Shown piece by piece: positions 1 to 9,367 of a DNA stretch of 64,000 bases. The stretch comes from a virus, in IMG/VR virus record IMGVR_UViG_3300047311_000826, positions 1 to 64,000 of that record. The stretch is one strand, 5' to 3'. Each line of letters begins with the position of its first letter. The stretch's first letter is position 1. The notes under the pieces are model-generated. The model did not search any database and was not told the origin of the DNA. It saw only the letters and a program-made list of their open reading frames with translations. A program made the translations under genes and the position numbers.

Positions 1-1178
1 CGCGCGATGTAGGCGTGTCCCGCGTCGTTCGGATGTGTGTTGTCAGAGCTGATATAAAGGTCGCAATTGCCAGTACCGTTGGGCGCCGTCGCGTTACCGG
101 TGCCGGTCATGTACGGCCCGGCTGGGCTGCTTATATTTGGAATGAAATAAACCAACGGATTATTGATCGCCGCGACGGCATTCGCGATGGCGGTTTCGAA
201 CGGTGCCGTGGTGGCGGTTGGTATGTTGCCTCCGTTGATGCCGGTCACGACAATTGGAACTCCCGTCAGTACTGGTTGCTGGATAATAGCGGAAAGATAC
301 GTCATTACCTCGGTCTGGACCGCCGCCGGGGTGAACGCCAGATCGTTTGACGCGTCTTCTATCACAACGATACCCGGTGCCGCCGTTATCATATCGGACA
401 ATCGTTGCCGGTAGTTTCTCTGCGTGCCTGATGCCGTGGCCAGGTATCCGGTGCCGCCGACGCCGCCATTCCAAATATCGCGAATACCCAACAGATCCGC
501 CATCACCTGGGGAAATGCGTTGTAAACGATACTCGCTCCGCCCGCCGCCACCCAACTATCCCCCACCACGAACATGCGCTGGGGCAGGCCCGCCGGTCGC
601 GTGACGGTCTCCGTTGGGCCTACCGTCACCGCCTGGAAATGCAGCGCCGCATTACCCTCCATGGTGATCGTGCGAACCGCGCGTCCGCCCGCCGCCGTGA
701 AGTCCAGAGTGATATACCCCCCGCCAGCGACGGGTGCCGTCGGCGTGAGGGATACGTATTGGCCGTTGACGATAAATCGCGCGGTCGCGGAACCCGCGAC
801 GTTTAACACGGTGAACATGACCTTCACCGCGTCCGCTACTATTTCGAAACGTCCCAGGAAGGGTGTATAACCACCATTCACGGTGACGCTGTTCAGTTGC
901 GTGAACAGCGCGCCGTCCAAAGCTGGCTGCCCTCCCAGATAATTGATCGCCGCCGCTTTTGGGCCTGTGTTGATCCAGACATTGCTCAATCCGGCTGTCG
1001 GCGTCCCGCTCGCGGTTATCGTGGGTGGCGTGGTCATGATGGGATTGACGCGCGGATTATTGGCCCTGGCGACGGCGGCGGAATGTGCCATGGACGTCAA
1101 CGTGCTGGCAGCGCTAACGGCGGCGGCACCACTGGAAGAACGTAAAAAACTCGTACCGGTATTAGTAAACGTAGGCAT
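1..1178 (-). CDS. SGNH/GDSL-family hydrolase domain protein, probably a tail-spike or fibre-associated esterase; the 3' end runs off the window
   Basis: Absent from the ORF track because there is no stop inside the window. My translation from the ATG at 1178 begins MPTFTNTGTSF. In-frame SGNH blocks are FVVGDSW (I), GVGGTGY (II), DASNDL (III) and SSDNTHPNDAGHAYIA (V). It is the last gene of the fibre operon. Confidence 0.7.
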   Translation of the reverse strand, partial: MPTFTNTGTSFLRSSSGAAAVSAASTLTSMAHSAAVARANNPRVNPIMTTPPTITASGTPTAGLSNVWINTGPKAAAINYLGGQPALDGALFTQLNSVTVNGGYTPFLGRFEIVADAVKVMFTVLNVAGSATARFIVNGQYVSLTPTAPVAGGGYITLDFTAAGGRAVRTITMEGNAALHFQAVTVGPTETVTRPAGLPQRMFVVGDSWVAAGGASIVYNAFPQVMADLLGIRDIWNGGVGGTGYLATASGTQRNYRQRLSDMITAAPGIVVIEDASNDLAFTPAAVQTEVMTYLSAIIQQPVLTGVPIVVTGINGGNIPTATTAPFETAIANAVAAINNPLVYFIPNISSPAGPYMTGTGNATAPNGTGNCDLYISSDNTHPNDAGHAYIA

Positions 1179-1205
1179 GACCTTACCCCTTCACATGATC
1201 AACCG

Positions 1206-1460
1206 TCATGCCTCGACCTTCTGCCGTTCCTCGCTCCACGCGTCGGTCCAGGCCACGCGCAACGCCTCGACCAGCCGGCATTCGTTCCACAAATGTAACA
1301 TTGGCGTGTTGCCGTAGCGCTCGATGGCGGCCGTGAGCGACGCGTCGAACGGCAGGTGGTCCGCGTTCAACGAGTCCCGCAGACCATGGTGCGCCACCAG
1401 CAGGTTGTCGATGGCGGTGCCCACCATGGCCATTTTGTAGAGCGCCAGCGATCCGTCCAT
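1206..1460 (-). CDS. hypothetical protein (84 aa) in the tail-fibre operon
   Basis: ORF track. It is co-oriented with and tightly packed against its neighbours and shares base 1460 with the upstream ORF. No motif recognised. Confidence 0.45.
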   Translation of the reverse strand: MDGSLALYKMAMVGTAIDNLLVAHHGLRDSLNADHLPFDASLTAAIERYGNTPMLHLWNECRLVEALRVAWTDAWSEERQKVEA

Positions 1461-1666
1461 CAGCGCAACGTCCCGGCCTGACCCGTGGCGGTGCCGCGCG
1501 GGGACTTCTTCGCCAGTGCCTTCTTCATGGCGATGGGCTGGCCCGGCGAGGTGGGGCCGGGGATGGGCTGCTGGGCGAAGCTGTGCCCCGGCCCACCGGC
1601 CACGACATGCGTGGGCGAGCTGCCGCGAGAGCTCGGGTTGACGTTCTTAGGTCCTGACTTAGCCAC
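1460..1666 (-). CDS. hypothetical small Pro/Gly-rich basic protein (68 aa)
   Basis: ORF track. It overlaps the fibre gene end by 8 nt and the next gene by 1 nt. Its low-complexity composition makes the coding call uncertain. Confidence 0.3.
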   Translation of the reverse strand: MAKSGPKNVNPSSRGSSPTHVVAGGPGHSFAQQPIPGPTSPGQPIAMKKALAKKSPRGTATGQAGTLR

Positions 1667-4163
1667 GAAAGCCTCCTTTTTCCATTGCGTCCAGCCGTAC
1701 GGCGAGTTCCTTGATGGCGTTCAACATGGCGAAGGTGAGCGCGGTCGTATCCAACGTGCGAAGATCATCGATGGGTCCTACCTCATCGAGGTCCGCCGGG
1801 ATCCGCTTCACCATCTCAGGCATGGCCTGCTCAGCCTCCTGCGCGACCAGACCCACGTACTCAGCATCATCCCGCTCGTCGTCGCCGATCCTTCCGCCAC
1901 GATGCCCCCCGCGTGACCAGTTGTCCCTGTAGCGGTAGCGCACCGGACGCAGCGCCATGATGGCCTCAAGCCCACGGTCGTAGTCCACGACGTCCCGCTT
2001 GATCCGCGCATCCGATGACGCCGCCCACGAACCACCACCCGGTTTCAACGCGTTTGGCGCGTTCAGCTGCCAATTGGTAAGGTTACCGAACCAGACCGCG
2101 CCGCCGGTCATGACGAAGTTCACATCGGCCGTGCTTCTCAGTCCGATGACGTTCAACGAGATGGCTCCCCACTCCTGTATGGGAGCGCCGGAGGTATCCG
2201 TCTGACCCCAACGCAACGCCTGTGTCGGCGAGAGGCTGGGGTCTATCCACATGCCCGCCGACCCGCCCGTGGACTGTGCATAAACCGCGACACAAGGCAG
2301 GCCGATATTGGATGTCGAGAAGATATCCGCGTTGTTCACCCTCAGGTTTCCCGAGAGCGTGCCCCCGGTCAGGGGCAGATAGCCGCTGATCGCGGACGAC
2401 ACCTGCGCCGCCGTCTGGTAGCCGCTCGGGTTGCTCGCCGCGTAGCGCGACGTATCGACCGGATGGACGTGATCGCCGCGCGCCCACGCGGTGGACACGC
2501 CCGCCGCCACGGCGCCGTTCATGCTCGGCGCGGCGTTGGAGGACGGCAACACGTTCGTGACGTCCGCCATGGCCATCGTGACATTGCCCGAGCGGCCATT
2601 CCAGGTGGCGACGCCCGTGACGGACGAGGCGACCTGCGCCATGACGAACGCCGTCGTGGCGAGTTGCGCGGTGTTGGTCCCGAGGCCGGCGGTGGGCGCC
2701 GAGGGCGTGCCTGTGAACGTAGGACTCGCCAGTGGCGCACCGCCCACGCCGGTCACGTCCGACGACGTCAGCGTGACCGCGCCCGTACGCGTGTTGAAAC
2801 TGGTGACACCGGCGGTACTGGCACTGACTTTGGCGTCCACGTAAGCCGTGGTCGCACCGCCCACGTCGGTGAAGTCCTTGGTGGTGAATGTGACGTTACC
2901 AGTACGAGTGTTCCAGGTGGTGACGCCCGAGGAAACCGCCGCGACCTGACCCAGGACGAACGCTGTCGTGGCGAGTTGCGTGGTATTGGTCCCGACGGTG
3001 GCGGTGGGTGCCGAGGGTATCCCGGTGAACGTGGGGCTCGCCAGCGGCGCGCCGCCCACGCCGGTCACATCGGCCAACGTCATGGTGACCGCGCCCGTGC
3101 GGGTGTTCCAGGAAGCCACGTTATTCGTATTGAGCCACGTCAGAGCCGCCTGCACGTCCTGGTTACCCTGGATGGGGGGTATGACGGCGATCTCGGACGC
3201 GGTGAAGAACTTCAGCCCCAGCTTCAGGTGTACCCAGACGGTCCCGTCGCAGATCAACCAGTCATGTTGTGTGTAGTCGTCAGCCGGGATGTTCGACCCG
3301 ACGGGAGGCCGGCCGTTGTCCACGACGATGACGTAATAACCTTTATAGCTGGGCTGGGCGGGGGGAAGCGGGCCCGGCGAAGGCGTGATACCCGACACCA
3401 CCGTGAACAGCGTGGTGTCCGTCAGTACGTGACACTGACCCACGAACAGCAGGTTCTCCGCCAGCAGCTCGATCTCGCCCTGAAGCACGTCATCCCGCTC
3501 GTCCACGTAGAGCTTGTTTGTCGCCTGCGTATCGATGGTGGGCAGCGCCACGGGGAGGAACAACGGACCGGTCAACGTGCCTCCGGTCAGTGGCAAGGAC
3601 CCGCTGGAACCCCCACCTCCACCCCCACCTCCACCCCCGCTGGCGACCTTGCTGTCCACGTAGGCCCTGGTCGCCGCCTCGGTGGGGAACGTCGGATCTT
3701 CGAACAGGTAAAGCGGTCCCTGCATGGTACCGCCCAGGATGTTCAGATACGCCGCGTTGGACCCTCCTCCCGCGCCCTGGTCGGGCGGCGGCAACGGCAT
3801 GGGTCGCACCGGAGGGACGCCGGTGACCTGCACGCCAAGCTCGATGGTGACTTCCCTGGTCGACGTCCCCCGCAGCACGAACCGCAACGTGTATGCCAGG
3901 CCCGGCGTGCCGAACTCGGTGAACACGATAATCTGCGTGCTGGACGCGTCCATCTCCGCGTCGCGTATCATCACGGGTGTCGGGTCATAAGCCGGTGGAC
4001 TGTTGGGCGGCGGATAGGGCGCCTCCGACCAGCCGGACATGCCCTGGATGATCTCCTGGGACAGGATTTCCGTGATCGTCTCACCCGGATCCAGCCACCA
4101 CAGCATATCGCCCACGATACGCGCGATGTCGGTGGTCTCTTTGTTGATGCGCTCTACCAACAT
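1659..4163 (-). CDS. tail fibre protein with a C-terminal intramolecular chaperone (peptidase S74-like) domain
   Basis: 834 aa. The C-terminus SSDARIKRDVVDYDRGLEAIMALRPVRYRYRDNW...YVGLVAQEAEQAMPEMV is the endosialidase-chaperone signature. There are tandem fibre repeats (SPTFTG.PSAPTA..GTNT.QLATTAFV) and a Gly10 tract. Confidence 0.85.
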   Translation of the reverse strand: MLVERINKETTDIARIVGDMLWWLDPGETITEILSQEIIQGMSGWSEAPYPPPNSPPAYDPTPVMIRDAEMDASSTQIIVFTEFGTPGLAYTLRFVLRGTSTREVTIELGVQVTGVPPVRPMPLPPPDQGAGGGSNAAYLNILGGTMQGPLYLFEDPTFPTEAATRAYVDSKVASGGGGGGGGGGSSGSLPLTGGTLTGPLFLPVALPTIDTQATNKLYVDERDDVLQGEIELLAENLLFVGQCHVLTDTTLFTVVSGITPSPGPLPPAQPSYKGYYVIVVDNGRPPVGSNIPADDYTQHDWLICDGTVWVHLKLGLKFFTASEIAVIPPIQGNQDVQAALTWLNTNNVASWNTRTGAVTMTLADVTGVGGAPLASPTFTGIPSAPTATVGTNTTQLATTAFVLGQVAAVSSGVTTWNTRTGNVTFTTKDFTDVGGATTAYVDAKVSASTAGVTSFNTRTGAVTLTSSDVTGVGGAPLASPTFTGTPSAPTAGLGTNTAQLATTAFVMAQVASSVTGVATWNGRSGNVTMAMADVTNVLPSSNAAPSMNGAVAAGVSTAWARGDHVHPVDTSRYAASNPSGYQTAAQVSSAISGYLPLTGGTLSGNLRVNNADIFSTSNIGLPCVAVYAQSTGGSAGMWIDPSLSPTQALRWGQTDTSGAPIQEWGAISLNVIGLRSTADVNFVMTGGAVWFGNLTNWQLNAPNALKPGGGSWAASSDARIKRDVVDYDRGLEAIMALRPVRYRYRDNWSRGGHRGGRIGDDERDDAEYVGLVAQEAEQAMPEMVKRIPADLDEVGPIDDLRTLDTTALTFAMLNAIKELAVRLDAMEKGGFRG
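2529..3110 (-). repeat. in-frame tandem fibre repeats inside the 834-aa fibre gene
   Basis: Units beginning at aa 352, 417, 456 and 521 start WNTRTG/FNTRTG/WNGRSG. Two long units share TGVGGAPLASPTFTG.PSAPTA.GTNT.QLATTAFV. Confidence 0.85.
3609..3638 (-). repeat. short tandem DNA repeat encoding a Gly10 tract
   Basis: The plus strand reads CCCCCACCTCCA twice (3610-3633) followed by CCCCC. It encodes GGGGGGGGGG at aa 176-185 of the fibre. Confidence 0.8.
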
Positions 4164-4919
4164 TTATTGCTTCCGCCTCCCATGCGCGAAGTACGGGAAG
4201 GCACGGCGTGGCGACTGCTGGTGCGAGTGCAGCCGCTCGGCGATATCGCGGGCACGCATCATGCCCTGGCGGAACCGCGTGCCGTGGTACTGCGCCAGTT
4301 GCGGCGCCGACCACGGCTTGGCCGGCATCGCGTACAGTCGCGCGATGGTGCCGTCCAGCATGGTCTCGAACCAGGTGGTGAACAGCTCGGGGAGCACGTT
4401 CAGCCTGATCACGTCGAAGCGTATGGGACGCAGCGCCACCAGTGCCCAGCCGGAACGTTGCGCCGTTGGCGTCATGAAATCCACCAGTTGCGCCGGCGGA
4501 TTGATCTCCCAGTGCGTCAGGCCGTGCGCGTACAGGACCCAGACCACGCTCATCTCGGCGTTGAACGGATTGAAGTCCACCGTGCTGACGCCCGGCCCCA
4601 TCACCCAGTTGATCTTACTCCGGTAGTAAGTGCTCCGGATGCAGAACTCCTGAATGGCGTTCCACAACTCCATCTGGATGACCGGCAGGGTGATCGCCGG
4701 CAGCAGCGTCTGGATGTTGTCGTAGAGCCGGTCGAAGCCGCCCGTGGTACCCACCGACCCATCGGCGGGACCACCCGGACCGGTATCGACGTCGGGTTCG
4801 ACCGGACCACCGCCACCGCCGACGGTTCGTTCAATCGGGCTGAACCCGATGACGAACTCGCCAATCGCGGAGCTGAAGGTGGTCCTGGCTTCCGGGCGGT
4901 TGATGAGAGTGGACGACAT
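4164..4919 (-). CDS. hypothetical tail or fibre-associated protein (251 aa)
   Basis: ORF track. It lies between two fibre genes with its stop adjacent to the next ATG (4163/4164). It carries one copy of the dispersed motif at 4615-4630. Confidence 0.55.
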   Translation of the reverse strand: MSSTLINRPEARTTFSSAIGEFVIGFSPIERTVGGGGGPVEPDVDTGPGGPADGSVGTTGGFDRLYDNIQTLLPAITLPVIQMELWNAIQEFCIRSTYYRSKINWVMGPGVSTVDFNPFNAEMSVVWVLYAHGLTHWEINPPAQLVDFMTPTAQRSGWALVALRPIRFDVIRLNVLPELFTTWFETMLDGTIARLYAMPAKPWSAPQLAQYHGTRFRQGMMRARDIAERLHSHQQSPRRAFPYFAHGRRKQ

Positions 4920-4928
4920 ATGCGTGCC

Positions 4929-6062
4929 TTACGGTTGCTCAAGCGCGGTCACGCGCGCCGCCAGTTCCTTGCAGGCATTGACCAGCGCGAACGTGAGCGC
5001 CGTCGTGTTCAGCGTGCGGAAGTCATCGACCGGGCCCACGCCATCCAGTTCGGCCTCGATACGTCCGACCATCTCGGGCATGACCGCCTCGACTTCCTGC
5101 GCGACCAGGCCAACGTATTCAATGTCCTGTTCGTCGGATAGCCGGCCTTCGCGCTGACCACTGCGGGACCAGTTATCCCGATAGCGATAACGCACCGGAC
5201 GCAGCGCCAGGATGGCGCCCAGCCCTTGATCATAACCCACGACATCCCGCTTGATCCGTTCGTCCGACGACGCCGCCCAGGTTCCCCCACCAGGTTTCTG
5301 CGCGGTCGGCGAGTTCAGCACCCAGGTGGTGAGGTTACCGAACCAGAGCGCCCCACCAGCCATGGTGAAGAACACGTCCCCGGTGGAGAACAGGCCCAGC
5401 GTGTTAAGGTGGACACCGAACCATGGCACCAGGGGGGCTCCGGAAGAGTCGACCGAGCCCAGGATAAGATTGTCTTCCGTCACGCTGGTGGTGTGATCGA
5501 CCCACATGCCACCACCGGACGGACCACCGCCGGAAGGGATATGACTGGAATAGACCGAGACACACGGAAGACCGATACCCGAGGTCGAAGCGAGGATGTT
5601 CTGGGCGGCGGTGATGGCGCCGGAACTCAGCTGACCGGTGACGCTGTCGATGGAGAACTTACTTCCGACACTGAAATTACCGTTGATGTGCCCGCTGGAG
5701 GCCGACAGGACGCCGTTGACCGTGGTGGCGCCGTTGAGCGTGGAGGAGCCGGCGACGGACAGGTTGCCACCGACCGCGAAATCCCCGGAGGAACCGGTGA
5801 TGGGCCCACCGGAACCACTTCCGATGATCGCATAGTGCGCGTCCGCGTAGCTTTTGCTGATCGCCTCGTTCGCGCCTGGAGCGCCCGCGCGCAGGTTGAG
5901 CGCGCCGCTCATGGTGCCGCCCCCCAGGGGCAGGAACGGCGCGCCGGTGAACGCCGGAGACGTCCGGTCCGCCTTGCCCGCCCACAGGTTGTTCCACTCG
6001 GTAGCCGGCGGCACGTACCCGGCTATCCAGTTCGGCGACGACCCGGATACGCTGCCACTCAT
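4929..6062 (-). CDS. second tail fibre protein with an S74-like chaperone domain
   Basis: The track ORF is 4929-6239. I prefer the start at MSGSVSGSSPNW (ATG 6062), which makes an ATGA overlap with the upstream ORF end at 6059. The C-terminus SSDERIKRDVVGYDQGLGAILALRPVRYRYRDNW...YVGLVAQEVEAVMPEMV is paralogous to 1662-2018. Confidence 0.8.
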   Translation of the reverse strand: MSGSVSGSSPNWIAGYVPPATEWNNLWAGKADRTSPAFTGAPFLPLGGGTMSGALNLRAGAPGANEAISKSYADAHYAIIGSGSGGPITGSSGDFAVGGNLSVAGSSTLNGATTVNGVLSASSGHINGNFSVGSKFSIDSVTGQLSSGAITAAQNILASTSGIGLPCVSVYSSHIPSGGGPSGGGMWVDHTTSVTEDNLILGSVDSSGAPLVPWFGVHLNTLGLFSTGDVFFTMAGGALWFGNLTTWVLNSPTAQKPGGGTWAASSDERIKRDVVGYDQGLGAILALRPVRYRYRDNWSRSGQREGRLSDEQDIEYVGLVAQEVEAVMPEMVGRIEAELDGVGPVDDFRTLNTTALTFALVNACKELAARVTALEQP

Positions 6063-6316
6063 GCCCGTGGCTCCCGCGTCATGAGCATGGCCGGCGTCAC
6101 GCCCGTCGGCTCGGAGCGCGCTTTCGGTGGCTCGTGGCGTGCCTTCACCGCGTCCTCGATCTGGCGGTGGATGTCCACGATCAACGGGTTGACCTCGCGC
6201 CAGGGATGGCCGCCCAGGGCTTCGAGGATCTGGTTCCACCGGCCGACGGGCATCGTCACCATCGCCGGCAGGGACAGGATATCCTGTTGTATCTCACTCA
6301 TTTCCAAACTCCTCAC
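6059..6316 (-). CDS. hypothetical small protein (85 aa or less)
   Basis: ORF track. ATGA coupling to the downstream fibre gene. An alternative start is MSEIQQ at 6301. Confidence 0.45.
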   Translation of the reverse strand: MRSLEMSEIQQDILSLPAMVTMPVGRWNQILEALGGHPWREVNPLIVDIHRQIEDAVKARHEPPKARSEPTGVTPAMLMTREPRA

Positions 6317-6342
6317 ATGCTGTCATCACCGTGGAACGTCCA

Positions 6343-7863
6343 TCACAGCGTCTCCCACCAGGCTTCGATGAAGTTCATCGTGCCCGCAGTCGCGTTGGCG
6401 CCGCCCCAGAGACTATAGGTCGTCCCGGCCGGTATCATCGCGAACAGGGTTTGGCTCGTCGTGGAACTCAGGGGCATGGTGAAAACGGCGCGCGCCAGAA
6501 TGTCCGTCGCGACGTTATTGATGCGCAGCTCGACGGTCGGTCCGGTCTGTCCGTTCAGAAGGATACTGAGGTATATCGCCTTGCCCAGGTTGTTGGTATA
6601 CCACGTGGACCAGTAGCGGAAACCATACAGCCCGGGGCCGCGTTTGACCCATTGGTAAGGCTGCAGCGCCTGGATCTGCCGCCACGCGACCGCCTCCAAA
6701 GGTTGCACCGCGTCACCGGACAGGACCAGCTTGCCGGTCATCGTGTCGCCGGATTTCAGGACGTAGGAGCCACCACTGGAGGGCGCGAAGTTGTCGGTGA
6801 CCCAGCTCTGGAAGGCGAGGTCGCCCTGGGGGATACCATCCACGAAGGCGCGCACGGCGCTCCCCGTCCAACCAAACCCGATGAAGTTCTGCCCAGCCGT
6901 CAGCACGTTGTATGAGACGCCGCTACCGCTCAGATACAGATAGCCATCAGACCGAAGACGCATCAGGGTTTTTTCAGCGTTCACGCCAGTGACCTGACGC
7001 CAGTCGAAACTGGTACCTCCCGAATTGTAGCTGTTGTAGAAATTCACCTCGCCGCCGCCCTGCGTGTGGTTCCAGCCGATGTAGGCGCCGGCGGGGCCGA
7101 GTGGGTCCGGGGGTGGCGTCTGGTTGGTATTGTAAGCGGCGATCAGCCAACCGTTGGCCCGCAGGTCGCCGCCCACGGTCAGCCCGCCGGTCATCGTATC
7201 GCCGCTCAGCGCCACGCTGCGCTGCCACGCCCCGGTGGACACGCGCCCGAACGTGCCGGCGCCCACCGGCTCGGTGATGAAACCGGTGGTGCCTTGCGCA
7301 CCGGTGGCGCCTTGCGGTCCCTGCGGCCCGGCGGTGCCCTGCGGCCCGGCCGGTCCCGGCGCGCCCTGCGGCCCGGCCGGACCCTGGATCGGACCGGCGT
7401 CGATCCATGTGCCGGTCTCGGTGTCCCAGATCCACAGGTCCTCGGTGGCCTGGACGACGTAAGCGTCACCATCCGAATTGCCGGTGGGCGGCAACGAACC
7501 CACGTTCGGCACCTGCCCCTTGATGTTGATCCCGGTGCCGGCCGCGCCCTGCGGTCCCTGCGGCCCGGCGGTGCCCTGCGGCCCGGCGGTGCCCGGCGTG
7601 CCGGGCACGCCCTGAGCACCCTGCGCCCCGGCCGGCCCAGGCGGTCCTGGGACGGTGCTGGGCGTACCCGGTTCGCCCTGGGCACCCTGCGGGCCGGACG
7701 GCCCAGGCGGCCCTGGGACGGTGCTGGGCGGGCCCGGTTCGCCGGGCGCGCCACCCATGGACACATCCACCAGCAATGGCGCGCCGTCATCCACCTCGAC
7801 GTCGACCGACCAGACCATCGGCAGCAGGGTCACGTCGATGGCTATGACATCGTTACCGCTCAT
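6343..7863 (-). CDS. collagen-like repeat tail fibre protein
   Basis: 506 aa. Uninterrupted Gly-X-Y runs at aa 38-111 and 161-193 (GAPGEPGPP...[12 protein letters not shown]; [34 protein letters not shown]), followed by a globular C-terminal region. Confidence 0.85.
   Translation of the reverse strand: MSGNDVIAIDVTLLPMVWSVDVEVDDGAPLLVDVSMGGAPGEPGPPSTVPGPPGPSGPQGAQGEPGTPSTVPGPPGPAGAQGAQGVPGTPGTAGPQGTAGPQGPQGAAGTGINIKGQVPNVGSLPPTGNSDGDAYVVQATEDLWIWDTETGTWIDAGPIQGPAGPQGAPGPAGPQGTAGPQGPQGATGAQGTTGFITEPVGAGTFGRVSTGAWQRSVALSGDTMTGGLTVGGDLRANGWLIAAYNTNQTPPPDPLGPAGAYIGWNHTQGGGEVNFYNSYNSGGTSFDWRQVTGVNAEKTLMRLRSDGYLYLSGSGVSYNVLTAGQNFIGFGWTGSAVRAFVDGIPQGDLAFQSWVTDNFAPSSGGSYVLKSGDTMTGKLVLSGDAVQPLEAVAWRQIQALQPYQWVKRGPGLYGFRYWSTWYTNNLGKAIYLSILLNGQTGPTVELRINNVATDILARAVFTMPLSSTTSQTLFAMIPAGTTYSLWGGANATAGTMNFIEAWWETL
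7285..7752 (-). repeat. collagen-type G-X-Y triplet repeat DNA (two blocks: 7531-7752 and 7285-7383)
   Basis: Read directly from the translation of 6343-7863. The GC-rich triplet periodicity also produces long shadow ORFs on both strands. Confidence 0.85.
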
Positions 7864-8246
7864 CGCCGCGCCGCCACGAGTCGCGCGGGCGCCACGGCGG
7901 TGGTCACGGCGGCGGCGGTGGTAACGTCGGCGGTGGTGTTGACCGGACCGCCCAGCACGGTCGCCACGTCACCCGAGGCGTAGGTGACCTGCAGATCCCA
8001 GGCGCCGGAGTTCGGCAGTTTCGCCGAGTCGGTCGCCGACAGCACCATGTCGATGAAATTGGGCACGGTCACCGTGCACGACATCGACACGATGAGCGTG
8101 CCGCCGGCCTTGTCGCGGATCTGCGCCAGCGCGAAAGCGCCCGACAGGTCGGCGGGCAGCGTGCGCGCGGTGTCCAGCCACAATTTGAACTGCCAGCGGT
8201 AGGTATCGCCGCGATACAGGGACAGGGGCAACCGGCCAGGTGTCAT
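7860..8246 (-). CDS. hypothetical virion or tail protein (128 aa)
   Basis: ORF track. ATGA-type overlap with the collagen-like fibre gene (7860-7863). Confidence 0.5.
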   Translation of the reverse strand: MTPGRLPLSLYRGDTYRWQFKLWLDTARTLPADLSGAFALAQIRDKAGGTLIVSMSCTVTVPNFIDMVLSATDSAKLPNSGAWDLQVTYASGDVATVLGGPVNTTADVTTAAAVTTAVAPARLVAARR

Positions 8247-8255
8247 GCGCTGCCC

Positions 8256-8624
8256 CTAACTCGATATGGTGAGTAATTGCGAAAGCGATTTGTTCATCAG
8301 GCTGACGGCGCGGCTGTCGTCGCTGAAGGTATCCTCGCGCAGTTCCGCGCGGCCCACGAGGTAATACACGAACGCGGAATAGCAGCTGGTATCGAGTGGG
8401 AACGCCACGTTCATGTCGGTGGCGGAACTGTAAAACGCCAGCGCCTTGCGCAACCCTATGGGCAGGAACAGATCCGGCCGCTTGGTGCGCACCTCGGCCA
8501 GCATCGCGTTGATGGACTCGAACATCTCGTCGTCGGTGTATCTCAGCGCGCCACCGTTGGTGCCAAGTTTATCTTGCAAGAGGGTGCGGGCCTCGCCGAT
8601 GAGGGTGCCGAACGTGCGCGCCAT
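8256..8624 (-). CDS. hypothetical protein, possibly a head-tail adaptor or connector
   Basis: ORF track (122 aa). The call rests only on position between the head and fibre genes. No diagnostic motif. Confidence 0.4.
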   Translation of the reverse strand: MARTFGTLIGEARTLLQDKLGTNGGALRYTDDEMFESINAMLAEVRTKRPDLFLPIGLRKALAFYSSATDMNVAFPLDTSCYSAFVYYLVGRAELREDTFSDDSRAVSLMNKSLSQLLTISS

Positions 8625-8627
8625 GGA

Positions 8628-9071
8628 TCAACGCCCTCTGCTATGAGGCAAACGTCCTTTGTTGACCTGCCCCAGCACCTTGGAACCGAGCTTCTTGACC
8701 GCCGATTTGCGGATGACCCACTCGCCCTTTTGCGCCGGTATGAGCCCATCGTCCTTGCCTATCCTGGGCCCCGCCGTGTGCCTGATCTTACCCCCGCGCG
8801 CGTAAACCCCGGACGTCAGATCGTCGTTCATCGCCCTGGTCTGATCGTAGCGGGATGGCACCGGCGCGTTCGGGTCATCCTTTGACCTCCCCGCTTTGCT
8901 CAGCTGGTCGTAGATCCGTTTCCCCTTCGTGGCGCTGGACATCGTGTTGCTGAACGAACTGGATATGCTGTCGCCCATGCTGCTGCCACTGATGCGCGGC
9001 GCGTTGGGGTCATAGTCGACGGAACCGCCGATGTCGTAGCCGCGCCGTCGCGGCGGGGGTTTCTTGGCCAT
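8628..9071 (-). CDS. hypothetical basic protein (147 aa)
   Basis: ORF track. The N-terminus PPRRRGYDIGGSVDYD resembles KRKRRGYAEGGEVED of the upstream ORF, suggesting paralogy. Confidence 0.5.
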   Translation of the reverse strand: MAKKPPPRRRGYDIGGSVDYDPNAPRISGSSMGDSISSSFSNTMSSATKGKRIYDQLSKAGRSKDDPNAPVPSRYDQTRAMNDDLTSGVYARGGKIRHTAGPRIGKDDGLIPAQKGEWVIRKSAVKKLGSKVLGQVNKGRLPHSRGR

Positions 9072-9367
9072 CAGCGCTTTCTCCTGATCACGCGCTTCAC
9101 CGGGCCACCCTTGGCCTTGCCCCCCATCATGCCCCCCATCATCCCGCCCGCGCCGCCCGCGCCGCCCATCATCCCACCCATCGCGCTGCCGAGCACACCC
9201 GTGAAACCACTGGCGAAGCCGCCGGCGAAGCTGCCGCCGCCCTTGATCTTCGGCTTGTTGGGATCCTCGTCATCGTCGCCCGACCAGGAGGAGTAGCCAC
9301 TGTCCTTGCTGGTGTCCTCCACCTCGCCGCCCTCGGCGTAACCCCGGCGTTTGCGCTTAACGGCCAC
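9071..9367 (-). CDS. hypothetical Gly/Met-rich small protein (98 aa)
   Basis: ORF track. Contains GGMMGGAGGAGGMMGGMMGGKAKGG. Tightly coupled to its neighbours. Confidence 0.45.
   Translation of the reverse strand: MAVKRKRRGYAEGGEVEDTSKDSGYSSWSGDDDEDPNKPKIKGGGSFAGGFASGFTGVLGSAMGGMMGGAGGAGGMMGGMMGGKAKGGPVKRVIRRKR

Noticed and set aside
2529-3110. The tail-fibre repeats as a diversity-generating retroelement (VR/TR pair).
   Set aside because: The repeats are in-frame tandem protein repeats within one gene. No reverse transcriptase or separate template repeat is present in the window.
2463-5141. An 892-aa plus-strand ORF, and similar long antisense or off-frame ORFs: 13685-14752, 14882-15814, 32880-34067, 42150-43466, 46416-47666, 47994-49364, 50145-51131 and 59571-60347.
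   Set aside because: They lie antisense to, or out of frame with, genes that have clear domain signatures. Their translations are Arg/Gly/Pro/His-rich low-complexity sequence, typical of shadow ORFs in GC-rich DNA.
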